64,000 nucleotides of DNA from Desulfatiglandales bacterium (lineage in GTDB: Bacteria > Desulfobacterota > DSM-4660 > Desulfatiglandales > Desulfatiglandaceae): the NCBI GenBank assembly GCA_963662465.1, contig OY759599.1, forward strand, positions 1,056,001 to 1,120,000. The letters run 5' to 3'. How positions within the stretch are numbered: position 1 is the stretch's first letter; each line of letters starts with the position of its first letter. The notes beneath the pieces are model-generated. The model searched no databases, had not been told where the DNA came from, and worked only from the letters and a program-made list of their open reading frames with translations. Shown here piece by piece: positions 16,878-27,923 of the stretch. A program made the translations under genes and the position numbers.

Positions 16878-19800
16878 ATGGTAAAATTTACGATCAATGA
16901 CAAGGAAGTGTATGGAGAGGAAGGCCAATATATCCTCGACGTGGCCAAAAAGGCCGGCATTGAAATTCCCACCCTCTGCCATCATGAAGCCCTGGAACCC
17001 GCGGGCATGTGTAGATTATGCACCGTTGAACTCTTTGACGGGCGCAGAACCAAATTTGTGACCGCTTGCAACTATCCCATCTGGGAAGGGATGGAAGTTT
17101 TTACGGATACCGAATCCATCATCGAGGGCCGTAAACTCATTGTGGAGCTACTGCTGGCCCGGTGTCCCGATGTGCCGGTGATTAAAGACCTGGCCCAAAA
17201 ATACGGCATTTCAAAGCCCCGGTTTTTGGAAGAGGGTGATGATTGCATTCTCTGCGGCCTTTGTGTTCGCATGTGCGAAAAGGTGGGCAACAGTGCCATC
17301 AGCTTCACGGGCCGCGGGGTAGAGATGAAGGTGGATACGCCTTTTTCCGTGCAGACCGAATTCTGTATGGGGTGTGGGGCGTGTGCCTCGGTCTGTCCCA
17401 CCGGGCATATCAAACTTGAAGACATTGCCAGACATCAGGTGAAACCCATTCCATCGGAATACGACATGGGCCTGAAAGGCCGCAAGCCCATTTACGTGCC
17501 CTATGCCCAGGCGATCCCCAATACGCCCGTTATTGACCGGGACATGTGCATGCATTTCAAGACCGGCGCTTGCCAGGTATGTACGGAATTCTGCGGGGTA
17601 GATGCCATTGATCATATGCAGCAGGACGAAACCATTGAACTGGAAGTGGGTTCCATTATTCTGGCCCCCGGATTTCAACCTTTTGACCCCTCCAGGCTGA
17701 CCCATTACGGATACGGTCGGCATTCCAATGTGATGACATCAATGGAGCTTGAGCGCATTCTGTCCGCCTCCGGACCCACCCTGGGTCATCTCACGCGGCC
17801 TTCCGATGGGGGGGAACCCAAGAAGATTGCCTGGATCCAGTGCGTGGGAAGCCGGGAAGAGAACCGCTGCAATCACGGATATTGTTCTTCCGTATGTTGC
17901 ATGTACGCCATTAAGGAGGCGGTCATCGCCAAGGAGCATGCGGCCGGCGATCTCGATTGCGCTATTTTTTTCATGGACATGCGCACGGGGGAAAAAGAGT
18001 TTGACCGGTATTTCATACGCGCACGGGATGAAATGGGTGTACGGTTCATCCGTTCGCGCATTCATAGCATTGACAAGAAGCCCAATGGTTCTGAAGACCT
18101 TCAAATTACCTATGTGTCGGAAGACGGGCATCGCAAGATGGAATTGTTTGATATGGCCGTGCTTTCCATTGGCCTTGAACCTTCGGAAAGTCTTCCTGAA
18201 TTGGCGTCCACATTGCAAATTGAGCTGGATGCGGACGGCTTTGTGAAAACCCAGGGAGAGATGCCCACCGAAACCACCCGCCGGGGCGTTTTTTCCTGCG
18301 GCGCCGCCTGTGGTCCCAAAGATATCCCCCAGTCCGTGGTAGATGCCTCAGCATCGGCCGCGGCTTCTGCCGTGCTTCTGGTCGATTCTCGAAATACACG
18401 GGTGCGGAAAAAGGAATATCCTGAAGAGAGGCTCATAACCGCGGAAAAGCCTCGCATCGGCGTGTTTGTCTGCCATTGCGGCATCAATATCAGCAGTGTG
18501 GTGGATGTTCCCGCCGTGCGGGATTATGCAAAAACCCTTCCCGGCGTAGTCCATGTGGCGGACAATCTATTTACCTGCAGTCAGGATACACAGCTTTCCA
18601 TACAGAAGACGATTCGAGAAAAGGGCCTGAACCGGGTGGTGGCGGCGGCATGCACGCCCCGCACCCACGAACCCCTGTTTCAAGAGACCCTTCGGGAGGC
18701 CGGGTTGAACCCCTATCTCTTTGAATTTGCAAATATTCGAGATCAGGATGCCTGGGTGCATAAAAATGATCCCGAGGCGGCCACGGAAAAGGCCATGGAC
18801 CTGGTGCGTATGGCGGTCTCAAAGGCGGCATTGCTGGAACCCATCCAACCGCTGGCCCTGGAAGTTTGTCCGACGGCCCTCGTGGTGGGCGGCGGCATCG
18901 CCGGCATGAATGCGGCACTCAACTTGGGGGATCAAGGATTTTACACCTACCTGGTGGAGAAAAATGAGCAGCTTGGGGGCCAGGCGCGAAACCTCTCTCA
19001 AACCTGGAAGATTGCTGATGCACAAAAATACCTGGCCCAATTATGCCGTAAGGTTTTAAACCAAGCCAACATCGAAGTGTTGACCGGCGCTGAGATTAAA
19101 AATGTTATGGGCTTTGTGGGGAATTTCAGGACCACCCTCAACCATAAAGGAGGTGAAAAGACATTAAATCATGGCGTCGTCGTTCTGGCCACCGGAGGCC
19201 ATGCCTTTGAGACGCGGGAATACCTTCGCGGCCAAAGCGATCGGGTCACCTGCTGGCACGAATTGACGGATCTCTTTACAAAGGAGCCCGAGCGCCTGGA
19301 AAAGGCCGATACGGTTGCGTTCATCCAGTGTGTGGGATCCCGTGAGCCAAAACGTCCTTACTGCTCTAAAATCTGTTGCACCGCCTCGATTCTGCAGGCC
19401 ATTGGGTTAAAAAAACAGAAACCGAGTTTGAATGTATATATCCTGTATCGGGAAATTCGAACCCCCGGCCAACGGGAACACCTGTATCGGGAAGCCCGTT
19501 CCCTGGGCGTGGTGTTCATCCGCTATACGCTGGATCATAAACCGGTGGTAACACAGGTTTATGATGGCTATGAAGAAAAATTGAATATTCTGGTGAAAGA
19601 TCGCATCCTGGGGTTGCCCCTTAGCATCAGGGCGGATTATGTGAATCTGGCGACCGCCATTTTGCCCGAAGCGCACCAGGCATTGGCACAATTTCTCAAA
19701 GTGCCGTTAAATGAAGACGGCTTTTTTATGGAGGCCCACGTAAAACTGCGGCCGGTTGATTTTTCTTCCGACGGCGTATTTGTCTGCGGTCTGGCCCATT

Positions 19801-20726
19801 ATCCAAAATCCCTCGAAGAATCCATCTCCCAGGCCCAGGCCGCCGCCATGCGGGCCGCCGGCGTGTTGGCCCGAAAAACCATTTCCGTGGAACCCATCAT
19901 CAGCGTGGTGGATCAGACCCGATGCGTGGGTTGCGGCCTGTGTGAAGCAACTTGCGCCTTCGGCGCTATTCGGCTGGTCGCGATTTCGGAAAAAGGATAC
20001 CGGGCCGAAAATAATCCGGCCCTGTGTAAAGGATGTGGGCTTTGCGCGGCATCGTGCCCTCAAAAGGCCATCGACATGATGCATTATCGCGACCGGCAAT
20101 TCCACGCGGCCATTGATGCGGGGGGCCTTACCGCACGCCGGTTCAAAACAAAACGCGCGCAACAAGCCGAAATCGACGCTTTCAAAGTCGTTTCAGGATA
20201 TCAATTGGCCGATGATCGCTACTATCATCGGGGCCACAGCTGGGTTCGCCTTGAGCGCGGCGGCCGCGTCAAAGTGGGAATGGATGATTTCATGGCCAGA
20301 ACATTTGGACAGGCTAAAAAATTCCTGTTGCCTGAAAAAGGCGCAATTCTGGGGCAAGACCGGAAGGGTTTTGCCTTCAGGCGTAACGGCCATTCAGCAA
20401 CAGTTTTATCTCCCGTGACGGGAAAAGTTTTTTATGTGAACCGAAAAGCCCTGGAAAACCCTGAACTCATACACCTGGATCCTTACGGCGAAGGCTGGCT
20501 TTTAATTCTGGACCCCCTGATTCTGAGAATGGATTTGAGCCATCTCTACAAAAAAGAGCAGAGTATCAATTGGCTGGAAGACGAAAACCGAAAACTCCTG
20601 GGACTTCTGGGTCCGGAGTATGAAAAACTGGCAGCCACAGGTGCCGCCCCGCTACCGGATTTGTTTGGAAACTTTCCCGAAATCGGATGGGATAATCTGG
20701 TCAAGACGTTTTTGCACAGCAGCTAG
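16878..20726 (+). CDS. hdrA: Fusion: NuoG/HydA-like Fe-S N-terminus + HdrA (remainder of module 1 and complete module 2) + C-terminal lipoyl-less GcvH-like domain
   Basis: [72 protein letters not shown]; then HSWV..VGMDDF..SPVTG..DPYGEGW. Confidence 0.88.
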   Translation: MVKFTINDKEVYGEEGQYILDVAKKAGIEIPTLCHHEALEPAGMCRLCTVELFDGRRTKFVTACNYPIWEGMEVFTDTESIIEGRKLIVELLLARCPDVPVIKDLAQKYGISKPRFLEEGDDCILCGLCVRMCEKVGNSAISFTGRGVEMKVDTPFSVQTEFCMGCGACASVCPTGHIKLEDIARHQVKPIPSEYDMGLKGRKPIYVPYAQAIPNTPVIDRDMCMHFKTGACQVCTEFCGVDAIDHMQQDETIELEVGSIILAPGFQPFDPSRLTHYGYGRHSNVMTSMELERILSASGPTLGHLTRPSDGGEPKKIAWIQCVGSREENRCNHGYCSSVCCMYAIKEAVIAKEHAAGDLDCAIFFMDMRTGEKEFDRYFIRARDEMGVRFIRSRIHSIDKKPNGSEDLQITYVSEDGHRKMELFDMAVLSIGLEPSESLPELASTLQIELDADGFVKTQGEMPTETTRRGVFSCGAACGPKDIPQSVVDASASAAASAVLLVDSRNTRVRKKEYPEERLITAEKPRIGVFVCHCGINISSVVDVPAVRDYAKTLPGVVHVADNLFTCSQDTQLSIQKTIREKGLNRVVAAACTPRTHEPLFQETLREAGLNPYLFEFANIRDQDAWVHKNDPEAATEKAMDLVRMAVSKAALLEPIQPLALEVCPTALVVGGGIAGMNAALNLGDQGFYTYLVEKNEQLGGQARNLSQTWKIADAQKYLAQLCRKVLNQANIEVLTGAEIKNVMGFVGNFRTTLNHKGGEKTLNHGVVVLATGGHAFETREYLRGQSDRVTCWHELTDLFTKEPERLEKADTVAFIQCVGSREPKRPYCSKICCTASILQAIGLKKQKPSLNVYILYREIRTPGQREHLYREARSLGVVFIRYTLDHKPVVTQVYDGYEEKLNILVKDRILGLPLSIRADYVNLATAILPEAHQALAQFLKVPLNEDGFFMEAHVKLRPVDFSSDGVFVCGLAHYPKSLEESISQAQAAAMRAAGVLARKTISVEPIISVVDQTRCVGCGLCEATCAFGAIRLVAISEKGYRAENNPALCKGCGLCAASCPQKAIDMMHYRDRQFHAAIDAGGLTARRFKTKRAQQAEIDAFKVVSGYQLADDRYYHRGHSWVRLERGGRVKVGMDDFMARTFGQAKKFLLPEKGAILGQDRKGFAFRRNGHSATVLSPVTGKVFYVNRKALENPELIHLDPYGEGWLLILDPLILRMDLSHLYKKEQSINWLEDENRKLLGLLGPEYEKLAATGAAPLPDLFGNFPEIGWDNLVKTFLHSS

Positions 20727-20751
20727 TCTAACCCCTACCTTGGAGGAACAC

Positions 20752-21519
20752 ATGAACGACACATTCGAACCAAAGATACTGGCCTTTCTATGTAACTGGT
20801 GCGCCTATGCGGGGGCCGATCTCGCCGGCGTATCACGGCTCCAATATCCCTCCGGTATACGGGTCATCCGCACCATGTGCTCGGGCCGGGTGGACCCACT
20901 CTTTGTGCTGAAGGGGTTAAGTTCCGGTTTTGACAGCGTTCTGGTCAGCGGTTGACACATCGGCGAATGCCATTACCTGTATGGTAATGTTCATCTGGCC
21001 AGACACCTGGAAGTGGTTGAATATCTCCTGGATTTATCGGGTATTGGACGTGAACGCATGGGGCTGAAGTGGATCAGCGCCGCGGAAGGAAAAGAGTTTG
21101 CCGAGTATGTCAAGGAATTCAGCGATAAAACCAGAAGCCTGGGGCCCTTTAACGCGGACAGGTATGGCCTTGAACTGGCCGCCTGTGAACGGGCCCTGGA
21201 CTCGCCGAGGTTGCGATGGCTCATGGGAATGGAAATCCAGCTGACTGAAAAGGAAAATGTTTTTCACGAAAAAATTGAAAAAGCCCGTTATACCGAGCTG
21301 CTTCAAAAGGCGGGTGTTTCAGAATATGAAAAGGCATTAATTGGGGAATCCCTCAAAGACGGCCCTCTTTCGGTCAGGGAGATCGCCTTAAAAACCGGTC
21401 TTTCGGTCCATTGCGTGTCGTCCCGGCTGGGTGAACTGGAGCGTCTCCATCAGGCGGAACTGGGTCAATATCAGGCGTATGTCCCCCTGTTTGCCAATTC
21501 GGCCGTAACGATGACCTGA
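20752..21519 (+). CDS. mvhD: MvhD/FlpD-like 2Fe-2S selenoprotein with C-terminal HTH-like extension (UGA at 20953-20955 = Sec), 255 aa
   Basis: [32 protein letters not shown] (canonical GCHxGxCHY); joins ORFs 20620..20955 and 21013..21519 in one frame; GGAGG RBS. Confidence 0.88.
20971..20989 (+). promoter_or_regulatory. Putative bacterial SECIS hairpin
   Basis: Perfect 7-bp stem CATTACC-TGTAT-GGTAATG starting 15 nt after UGA, G in the apical loop. Confidence 0.7.
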
Positions 21520-21597
21520 CCCCAAAAGAAGGCCGAGGTTGAATCTGTTTTATACCCCGGGATAGCGCAATGACGCATATGCGAAACGGAGGAAAAA

Positions 21598-24500
21598 ATG
21601 CCCCTTAAAATAGATCATGAAAAAGTGGGCGCCGTTATGGTGATCGGCGCCGGCATCGCCGGCATGCAGGCGGCCCTGGATCTGGCGGGCGCGGGTTACT
21701 ATGTTCACCTGTTGGATCGTTCGCCCAGCATTGGCGGCATGATGGCCCAGTTGGACAAGACCTTCCCCACCAATGACTGCGCCATGTGAATTATTTCTCC
21801 CAAACTGGTCGAGGTCGGCCGGCATTTGAATATCAATATCATTACGAATTCGGAAGTGGAAGCCCTGGAAGGGGTCCCGGGGAATTTTTCAGTCAAGCTC
21901 AAGAATTATCCACGCGCCATTGATCCTGACAAATGCACCGGGTGCGGACAATGCAGCCAGGCATGTCCGGTGACGGCCATCAATGAATTTAATTGCGGCC
22001 TGGATCTCAGAGCCGCCACCTACATTCAATACGCCCAGGCCGTGCCCCTCGCCTACGCCATTGACCGGGAGGTCTGTATCGGATGCGGATTGTGCCAGAA
22101 AATTTGTCTGGCCGGGGCTGTTTGTTATGATGAGCAACCCAGAAAAACCCAACTGGCGGTGGGGGCGTTGGTGCTGGCCATGGGGATGGAAGTTTTTGAC
22201 GCCGCAACCCTTGAGGCATACAGCTATTCAAAATCCCCCAATATTGTAACCAGCCTTGAGTTTGAACGTATTTTAAGCGCCTCCGGGCCATATGCGGGGC
22301 ATCTCACCCGGCCCTATGACCGGGAAGAACCGCAAAAAATTGCATGGTTGCAATGTGTCGGGTCCCGCAGCCAGAATGGGGGCCATCCCTATTGTTCCTC
22401 GGTCTGCTGCATGTACGCCATTAAGGAAGCGGTTATCTCTAAGGAGCATGCCCGCGGCGATCTCGATGCCGCCATATTTTTTATGGATATGCGCACCTGC
22501 GGGAAGGATTTTGAAGAATACTACCACCGCGCCGAATATGAACACGGCGTCCGGTTTATCCGGTCACGGGTTCACAGCGTGAATCCGGTGGGAGACGGGG
22601 ACCTGGAAATTGATTATGTGGATGAAAAAGGGCGCTGCAGAACGGAAATTTTCAACCTGGTGGTATTGTCCGTTGGATTTCAGGTGGGAATGGAAACCGT
22701 CCAACTGGCCCATCGTCTGGGCGTTGAACTGGATCACTACCATTTTGTCCGGACGGGCAGTTTTCAGCCGGTGAGTACGAATCGTCCCGGGGTTTATGTT
22801 TGCGGTACCCTTCAGAGTCCCAAGGATATCCCCCAGTCGGTCATGGAAGCCTCCGCCGCCGCCGCGGCCGCAAGCACCCTCTTGAGCGACAGACGCTGGT
22901 CCCAAACCCGGACCCAGACCATGCCCCCGGAAACCAACGTTTTCGGCGAACCACCCCGCATCGGCGTTTTTGTATGTCAGTGCGGCATTAATATCGGTGG
23001 CATTGTCAACATCCCCGAAGTCGTGGCATACGCTCGATCACTCCCCCATGTGGTGTACACGGAAGACAACCTCTACACCTGTTCCCAGGATACACAGGTT
23101 AAAATGTCACAGGTCATTCGTGAGCAGGGCATCAACCGGGTGGTGGTAGCCGCTTGTACGCCCAAAACCCATGAACCCCTGTTCCAGGAAACATTGCAAA
23201 ACGCGGGACTTAACAAGTACCTGTTTGAGATGGCCAACATTCGGAACCAGGATTCCTGGGTACACAGCCGTCATCCGAATCTTGCCACTGAAAAAGCCAA
23301 GGATCTCATCCGAATGGCCGTTGCCAAGGCAGCCCTCCTTGAAGCCCTGCCCGAGATCGAACTGGATCTGAATCCGGTATCCCTGGTTATCGGCGGCGGC
23401 GTGGCGGGTATGACCGCGGCGAAAAATCTGGCTGAACAGGGATATGTCGTCCATCTGGTGGAGCGGTCCCATATCCTTGGCGGCCAGGCCAACAACCTTT
23501 TCAAAACATGGCAGGGGGAAGACATTCAGGGATTTCTCCAAACCCTCATTCAAAGTGTTGAAAACAATCCCCTGATTCATTTGCACCGGTCCACGGAGTT
23601 AACCCGGGTCGATGGCTTTGTGGGCAATTTTCAATCGGTGTTGACCCCTTCCCATGGGGAGGCGATCCACCTGGACCATGGCATCGCCATTGTTGCCACG
23701 GGGGGGAAAGAGTTTAAGCCCTCAAGCTATCTTTATGGGCAGGATCCACGGGTGCTCACCCAGCTGGAACTGGATAGAAAATTCATCGAGAAGGATCTGG
23801 ATCCGGCAAAAATCGCCACGGCCGTCTTTGTGCAATGCGTTGGCAGCCGCGAACCGGAGCGCCCTTATTGCAGTCGCGTGTGCTGCACCCACACACTGGG
23901 AAACGCCCTGGAGCTGAAACAACGCAATCCTCAGATGAGCATTTTCGTATTGTATCGGGATCTCAGGACCTACGGGAAAAGAGAAGATCTTTATCTCCGC
24001 GCCCGAAAAGAAGGCATTGTTTTCATACGATACGATCTGGAAGATAAACCGACGGTTGCATCCGGGGAAAAGACCCTCGAAATTATTGCGCCGGATCCCA
24101 TTCTGGAAAAACCCATCAGAATTGAAACAGATTTGCTGATCCTGGCAACGGCCATAGTGCCGGAGCCGGAAGGGGCATTGGCCAATTTTTTCAAAATTCC
24201 CGTCAACGATCAGGGATTCTTTATTGAAGCCCATGCCAAACTGCGACCGGTTGATTTTGCCACCGAAGGGGTTTTCCTCTGCGGCCTGGCCCATTACCCC
24301 AAATCACTGGATGAAAGCATTGCGCAAGCCCTGGCCGCCGCCTCCCGGGCATCCGGGCTGCTGGCTTCGGGCAAGGTCTCCATCAGCGGCACGGTCGCCC
24401 AGGTCAATCCTCGATGGTGCTCCCGATGTGGTGTTTGCGAAAACATCTGCCCCTTCAACGCCCCTTCCCTTGCCGAAGACGGACCGGCTGAAATCAATGC

Positions 24501-24609
24501 CGTACTTTGCAAGGGGTGCGGCTTGTGCATCGCATCGTGTCGCAGCGGCGCCATTCACCTGAAAGGATTTGATGAATCGCAGATTATGGCCATGATCGGT
24601 CAGGTTTAA
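21598..24609 (+). CDS. hdrA: Double-module HdrA-like flavo-Fe-S selenoprotein (UGA at 21787-21789 = Sec), 1003 aa
   Basis: VIGAGIAG..TNDCAM-UGA-IISPK; two QCVGSR..YCSxVCC modules; IGVFVCQCG; terminal ferredoxin motifs; ORFs 21598..21789 and 21826..24609 are in the same frame. Confidence 0.9.
21805..21822 (+). promoter_or_regulatory. Putative bacterial SECIS hairpin
   Basis: Same CTGGTCGAGGTCGGCCGG hairpin as 14058-14075, at the same distance from UGA. Confidence 0.65.
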
Positions 24610-25450
24610 AAACCAATGGTCCATTCGCGTGGATCTGGCGTTGGCGCGCCACAACCTGGGATTTCCGGTCATTTTCCCCATTGTGCGCATTTCCGAAAAT
24701 AAGGATCTTTCCAGCCGACTGCCTTGCGACAGCCTGCCCATCAAAGCTGATCTCAGGTCGTCTCTTGTTATAGAGGATTCCCGACTCAAAAGGCGGGTTC
24801 ACAGCAGGCCGATTAATGAATACTGCTTTTCAGAAAGGTTCTGCGAGCCCTCTTTCCCCATATAGAGGTTCGTCAGTTTTTGGCTCATTCGGTCTCGGGA
24901 GAACTCTTGGTGCCTCATCCTTCCATGCCACATTTCCCAAGATTTCGTAAAACTGCCGGATGAATTGTTTCGTTCTGAGGGAAACCTTCCATAGGAAGGA
25001 TGATATAGGAAGTCTTCACTTTTGGATTAACAATCTGAAAATGGCGCGACCACAAAATGTAGTGGTCTCAAACATTTGCCGAAAGCGGTTTTCAAATACG
25101 GACCGGATGTAATATGTGGTACGTATATCAACACTTTAGCCACCTGATGTATGTTGGATTACCCATTTTATGTAATCCAGAAAACTGCCAATTTCATGCA
25201 TCGATCGGCACCGATTTCGCTCCCCTCCCAATGATGGTATCACAACTATTCGACTACGATAAATCGGTTGAGATATCATTCCGAACGAACAGCATTCTGA
25301 AATCAACAAAACTGGTGGGGAGGTGGTGATCCCGTGCTAGAAGCCACCTGACGATTTTATTTAATTGGTGACAGGCCAATCCTGCCGTCAAAAGGACTGT
25401 GTAATCCGTAACCGTCCCTCCCCATATTTCCTCTGTTGATCTAATAGACG

Positions 25451-26752
25451 TCAACTTTTCAATTTCTTTATCATTGAACGCAGTTCTTCGATCTCAGCCT
25501 GTTGTTTCTTAAGTTGTTTCTCAAATTGATGTTGTTGCTCCTTCATGAGGTTTTTCTGGTCCTGATTTTCAGTCTTCAACTCCTTAACAGCTTCAACGAG
25601 CACGGCCGTGAGTTTGGTATAGGACACGCCCTTGAACCCATTCGCATCCTCGGAAACCAGTTCCGGTATGGTTTTTTCCACATCTTGAGCTACAAGCCCG
25701 ATATGCTTTCCATTTTCAAAACCTGCGTTCGGAAATGCATTTTTTTTCCATTCGTAGGTAACTCCCTGAAGGCTGGCCACCTTTTCCAGGGAAGATTTCA
25801 GGGGCTGAATATTTTGTTTCCATCTCTGGTCTGAACTGCTGTAGCTGGCGGTTGCTCTGAAGGCACCGTTTATCACTACGTTTCGAGTTTCAAAGTCACC
25901 CCAGATGAGCGGTTCGGCATCATTGGAATTATGGATATAGAGTTTGTTGCTCCCGGTTTCACTATATCCGGCGCTTTTCCCCAAGAAAACGTTTCCCGAA
26001 CCCGTTGCATTACTATATCCGGCAGAGTGTCCGATAAATGTATTATAGTCGCCACTGGTATGTTGGTGCCCATTCGAAGTACCCAGAAAAACATTGCCAC
26101 TTGCATTGGCATTTTGGTATCCTGAATGGTATCCGAGAAAAACATTCGAACTCCCTAGTAGGTTGCCTTCTCCCGCGGATTTGCCAAGAAAGACATTATA
26201 AGTGCCTCCTGTACTATCATAGCCCGCGTAAGCACCCACAAATGTGTTGTTGTTGGATGTGTTGTCATGTCCTGCATTAGACCCTAGAAAAGTATTAAAG
26301 TCACCGCTTACATTGGTTCGCCCCGAAAGTCGTCCCAAAAAGGTGTTGTCATATCCTGTGGTGTTGTGATTACCTGAACTTGAACCCAGAAAGGTATTGT
26401 TGTTTCCTTGATTTAAATATCCGGCATAATACCCCATTGCAATGACACTGCTTCCTGTGTTGCCACGCCCAGCATAGTATCCCATAAAGCAGTTGGCCGA
26501 GGTCGTATTGTTTCTTCCTGAATCTGCGCCGTAAAAAGAGTTTTGGCTTCCAGTACTGCTGGCACCTGCATTCATACCGTAGTAAGTGTTGCTGTCGATT
26601 TCCGAACCACGAATTTCAATTGTAGCGTCCTCTATGGTTTTTGCAGCGTTAGTTGTTCCAACGGGTTTGGTTTCTGTTTCTTCCTCCGCAAAGAGATTTC
26701 CAGCACAGAACAGAAATGCCAAAAGGATTGAAACGAGGATAGATTTTTTCAT
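25451..26752 (-). CDS. Secreted fibre/adhesin-like protein with ~14-aa NTFxGxxAG repeats and C-terminal peptidase S74 intramolecular chaperone
   Basis: Signal peptide; repeated NTFLGxxAGxxN; SSDQRWKQNI..GLVAQDVE..VSYTKLTAVLVEAVKEL; terminal coiled coil; AGGAGG RBS. Confidence 0.85.
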   Translation of the reverse strand: MKKSILVSILLAFLFCAGNLFAEEETETKPVGTTNAAKTIEDATIEIRGSEIDSNTYYGMNAGASSTGSQNSFYGADSGRNNTTSANCFMGYYAGRGNTGSSVIAMGYYAGYLNQGNNNTFLGSSSGNHNTTGYDNTFLGRLSGRTNVSGDFNTFLGSNAGHDNTSNNNTFVGAYAGYDSTGGTYNVFLGKSAGEGNLLGSSNVFLGYHSGYQNANASGNVFLGTSNGHQHTSGDYNTFIGHSAGYSNATGSGNVFLGKSAGYSETGSNKLYIHNSNDAEPLIWGDFETRNVVINGAFRATASYSSSDQRWKQNIQPLKSSLEKVASLQGVTYEWKKNAFPNAGFENGKHIGLVAQDVEKTIPELVSEDANGFKGVSYTKLTAVLVEAVKELKTENQDQKNLMKEQQHQFEKQLKKQQAEIEELRSMIKKLKS

Positions 26753-27446
26753 TTTTTATCCCTCCTAAAAGTTAACAAGTCTCGAAGATTATAAATGCTC
26801 ATCTAAACCTAATGAAGGGTAAAAAAATTAAGTCTGTTTGTCAAGGTCTATGAGCAGGAAGATTTTGTTCAACCCCATTCAGTCAATAGTATCAGATAGT
26901 TTATGGAAAAACTGATCAAACGTCTCCGGATGATGTATGTAATGGGCAAGAGTTGCCTCAATCCGGGGGTTAACAGTGCTGATCAAATTGTGACATTTTT
27001 GAGAATCCCTATCGCATTGTTTACGTTAGAGGAATTGTTTCTGAATGTTTTTTTAATTCAGGTTAATATATGGGTCTTATTTCGTTCATGTTCCTTACGT
27101 TCTTTGGGGAGAATATTTCCTCTAATTTGAAAAAATTCCAGCCTTACCTTGACTCACTTTTTATGCAAAAACAAAAAATATCGAAAAGATCGAAAAAGTT
27201 GTGATATCATCAAATCAGAGGGCTTGAACGAACGTTGAGATTGATTCAGTACCTCAAGTCTTGCGTTGGTTGCATAAATTGAGAATATCTGATTTTTTTT
27301 TACATGTCAAAAACCTACAATGTGCCTTATGTATCTTAGATTGTCACCGCCGGATTGCTGTAGTCACAGTCAAAAGCCCAACGACCACAATATATATGGG
27401 TGGCTATACTTTTGTTTAAACGGTCCCGGAAGAAGTGTACTTCGGC

Positions 27447-27923
27447 CTTGATTATCCTTTCGGTCATTTTCCTTCCAGGTTTAAATGAACACGGCCTATT
27501 ATCTGTTATCCCCGCAGGACAGTATAAGCCCCATCGGGGTGACAGACAGTCGCTCGGCAATTCATTGCCGATTGGCTGGAACGATGATCAAGGTCCAAAA
27601 TTCCAAGTTGCGGCAACCTGGCATGAATTTTAGGCATGCCTTGAGGGTGGGGATGTTTGACTGCTGCTTCTATTCCGCTTAAGTTGATGGGGAGGCTACA
27701 TGTATCTCAGGCCTGAAGGGCCGTGACATATCAACCCAGGGCAACGCCCTGGGAAAAGGTTGCAAGGGTTGTTGAGCCCTGTAAGGGCGTGACATACCGC
27801 TTCAGGGCTGGATCAGAAAGGTATCAATTTAGTCGCGAAGCTCTAAGAGTCCGCCCTTTGCCGGGCAGACACACAGGTCTGCCCTTAAAAGCAATATCGA
27901 CGTTGGCCGAAAGGATGATCAAG
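27447..27923. repeat. Segment bounded by 20-bp imperfect inverted repeats with several internal hairpin/REP-like motifs
   Basis: CTTGATTATCCTTTCGGTCA (27447-27466) vs TGGCCGAAAGGATGATCAAG (27904-27923); internal CCCAGGGC-AAC-GCCCTGGG and GGGCAGAC-N6-GTCTGCCC. Confidence 0.4.

Noticed and set aside
14334..20726. Respiratory complex I or an [FeFe]-hydrogenase
   Set aside because: No membrane nuo subunits and no H-cluster motifs; the NuoG-like part stops after its Fe-S domains and joins HdrA
24304..24990. Minus-strand open frame interrupted by one TGA (24799-24801), a possible fourth selenoprotein
   Set aside because: No recognisable family, no Cys-motif context, no RBS or start, and it overlaps the 3' end of hdrA on the other strand
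25050..25065. NrdR-box-like palindrome CCACAAAATGTAGTGG
   Set aside because: Single site with no properly spaced second box and no ribonucleotide reductase gene nearby
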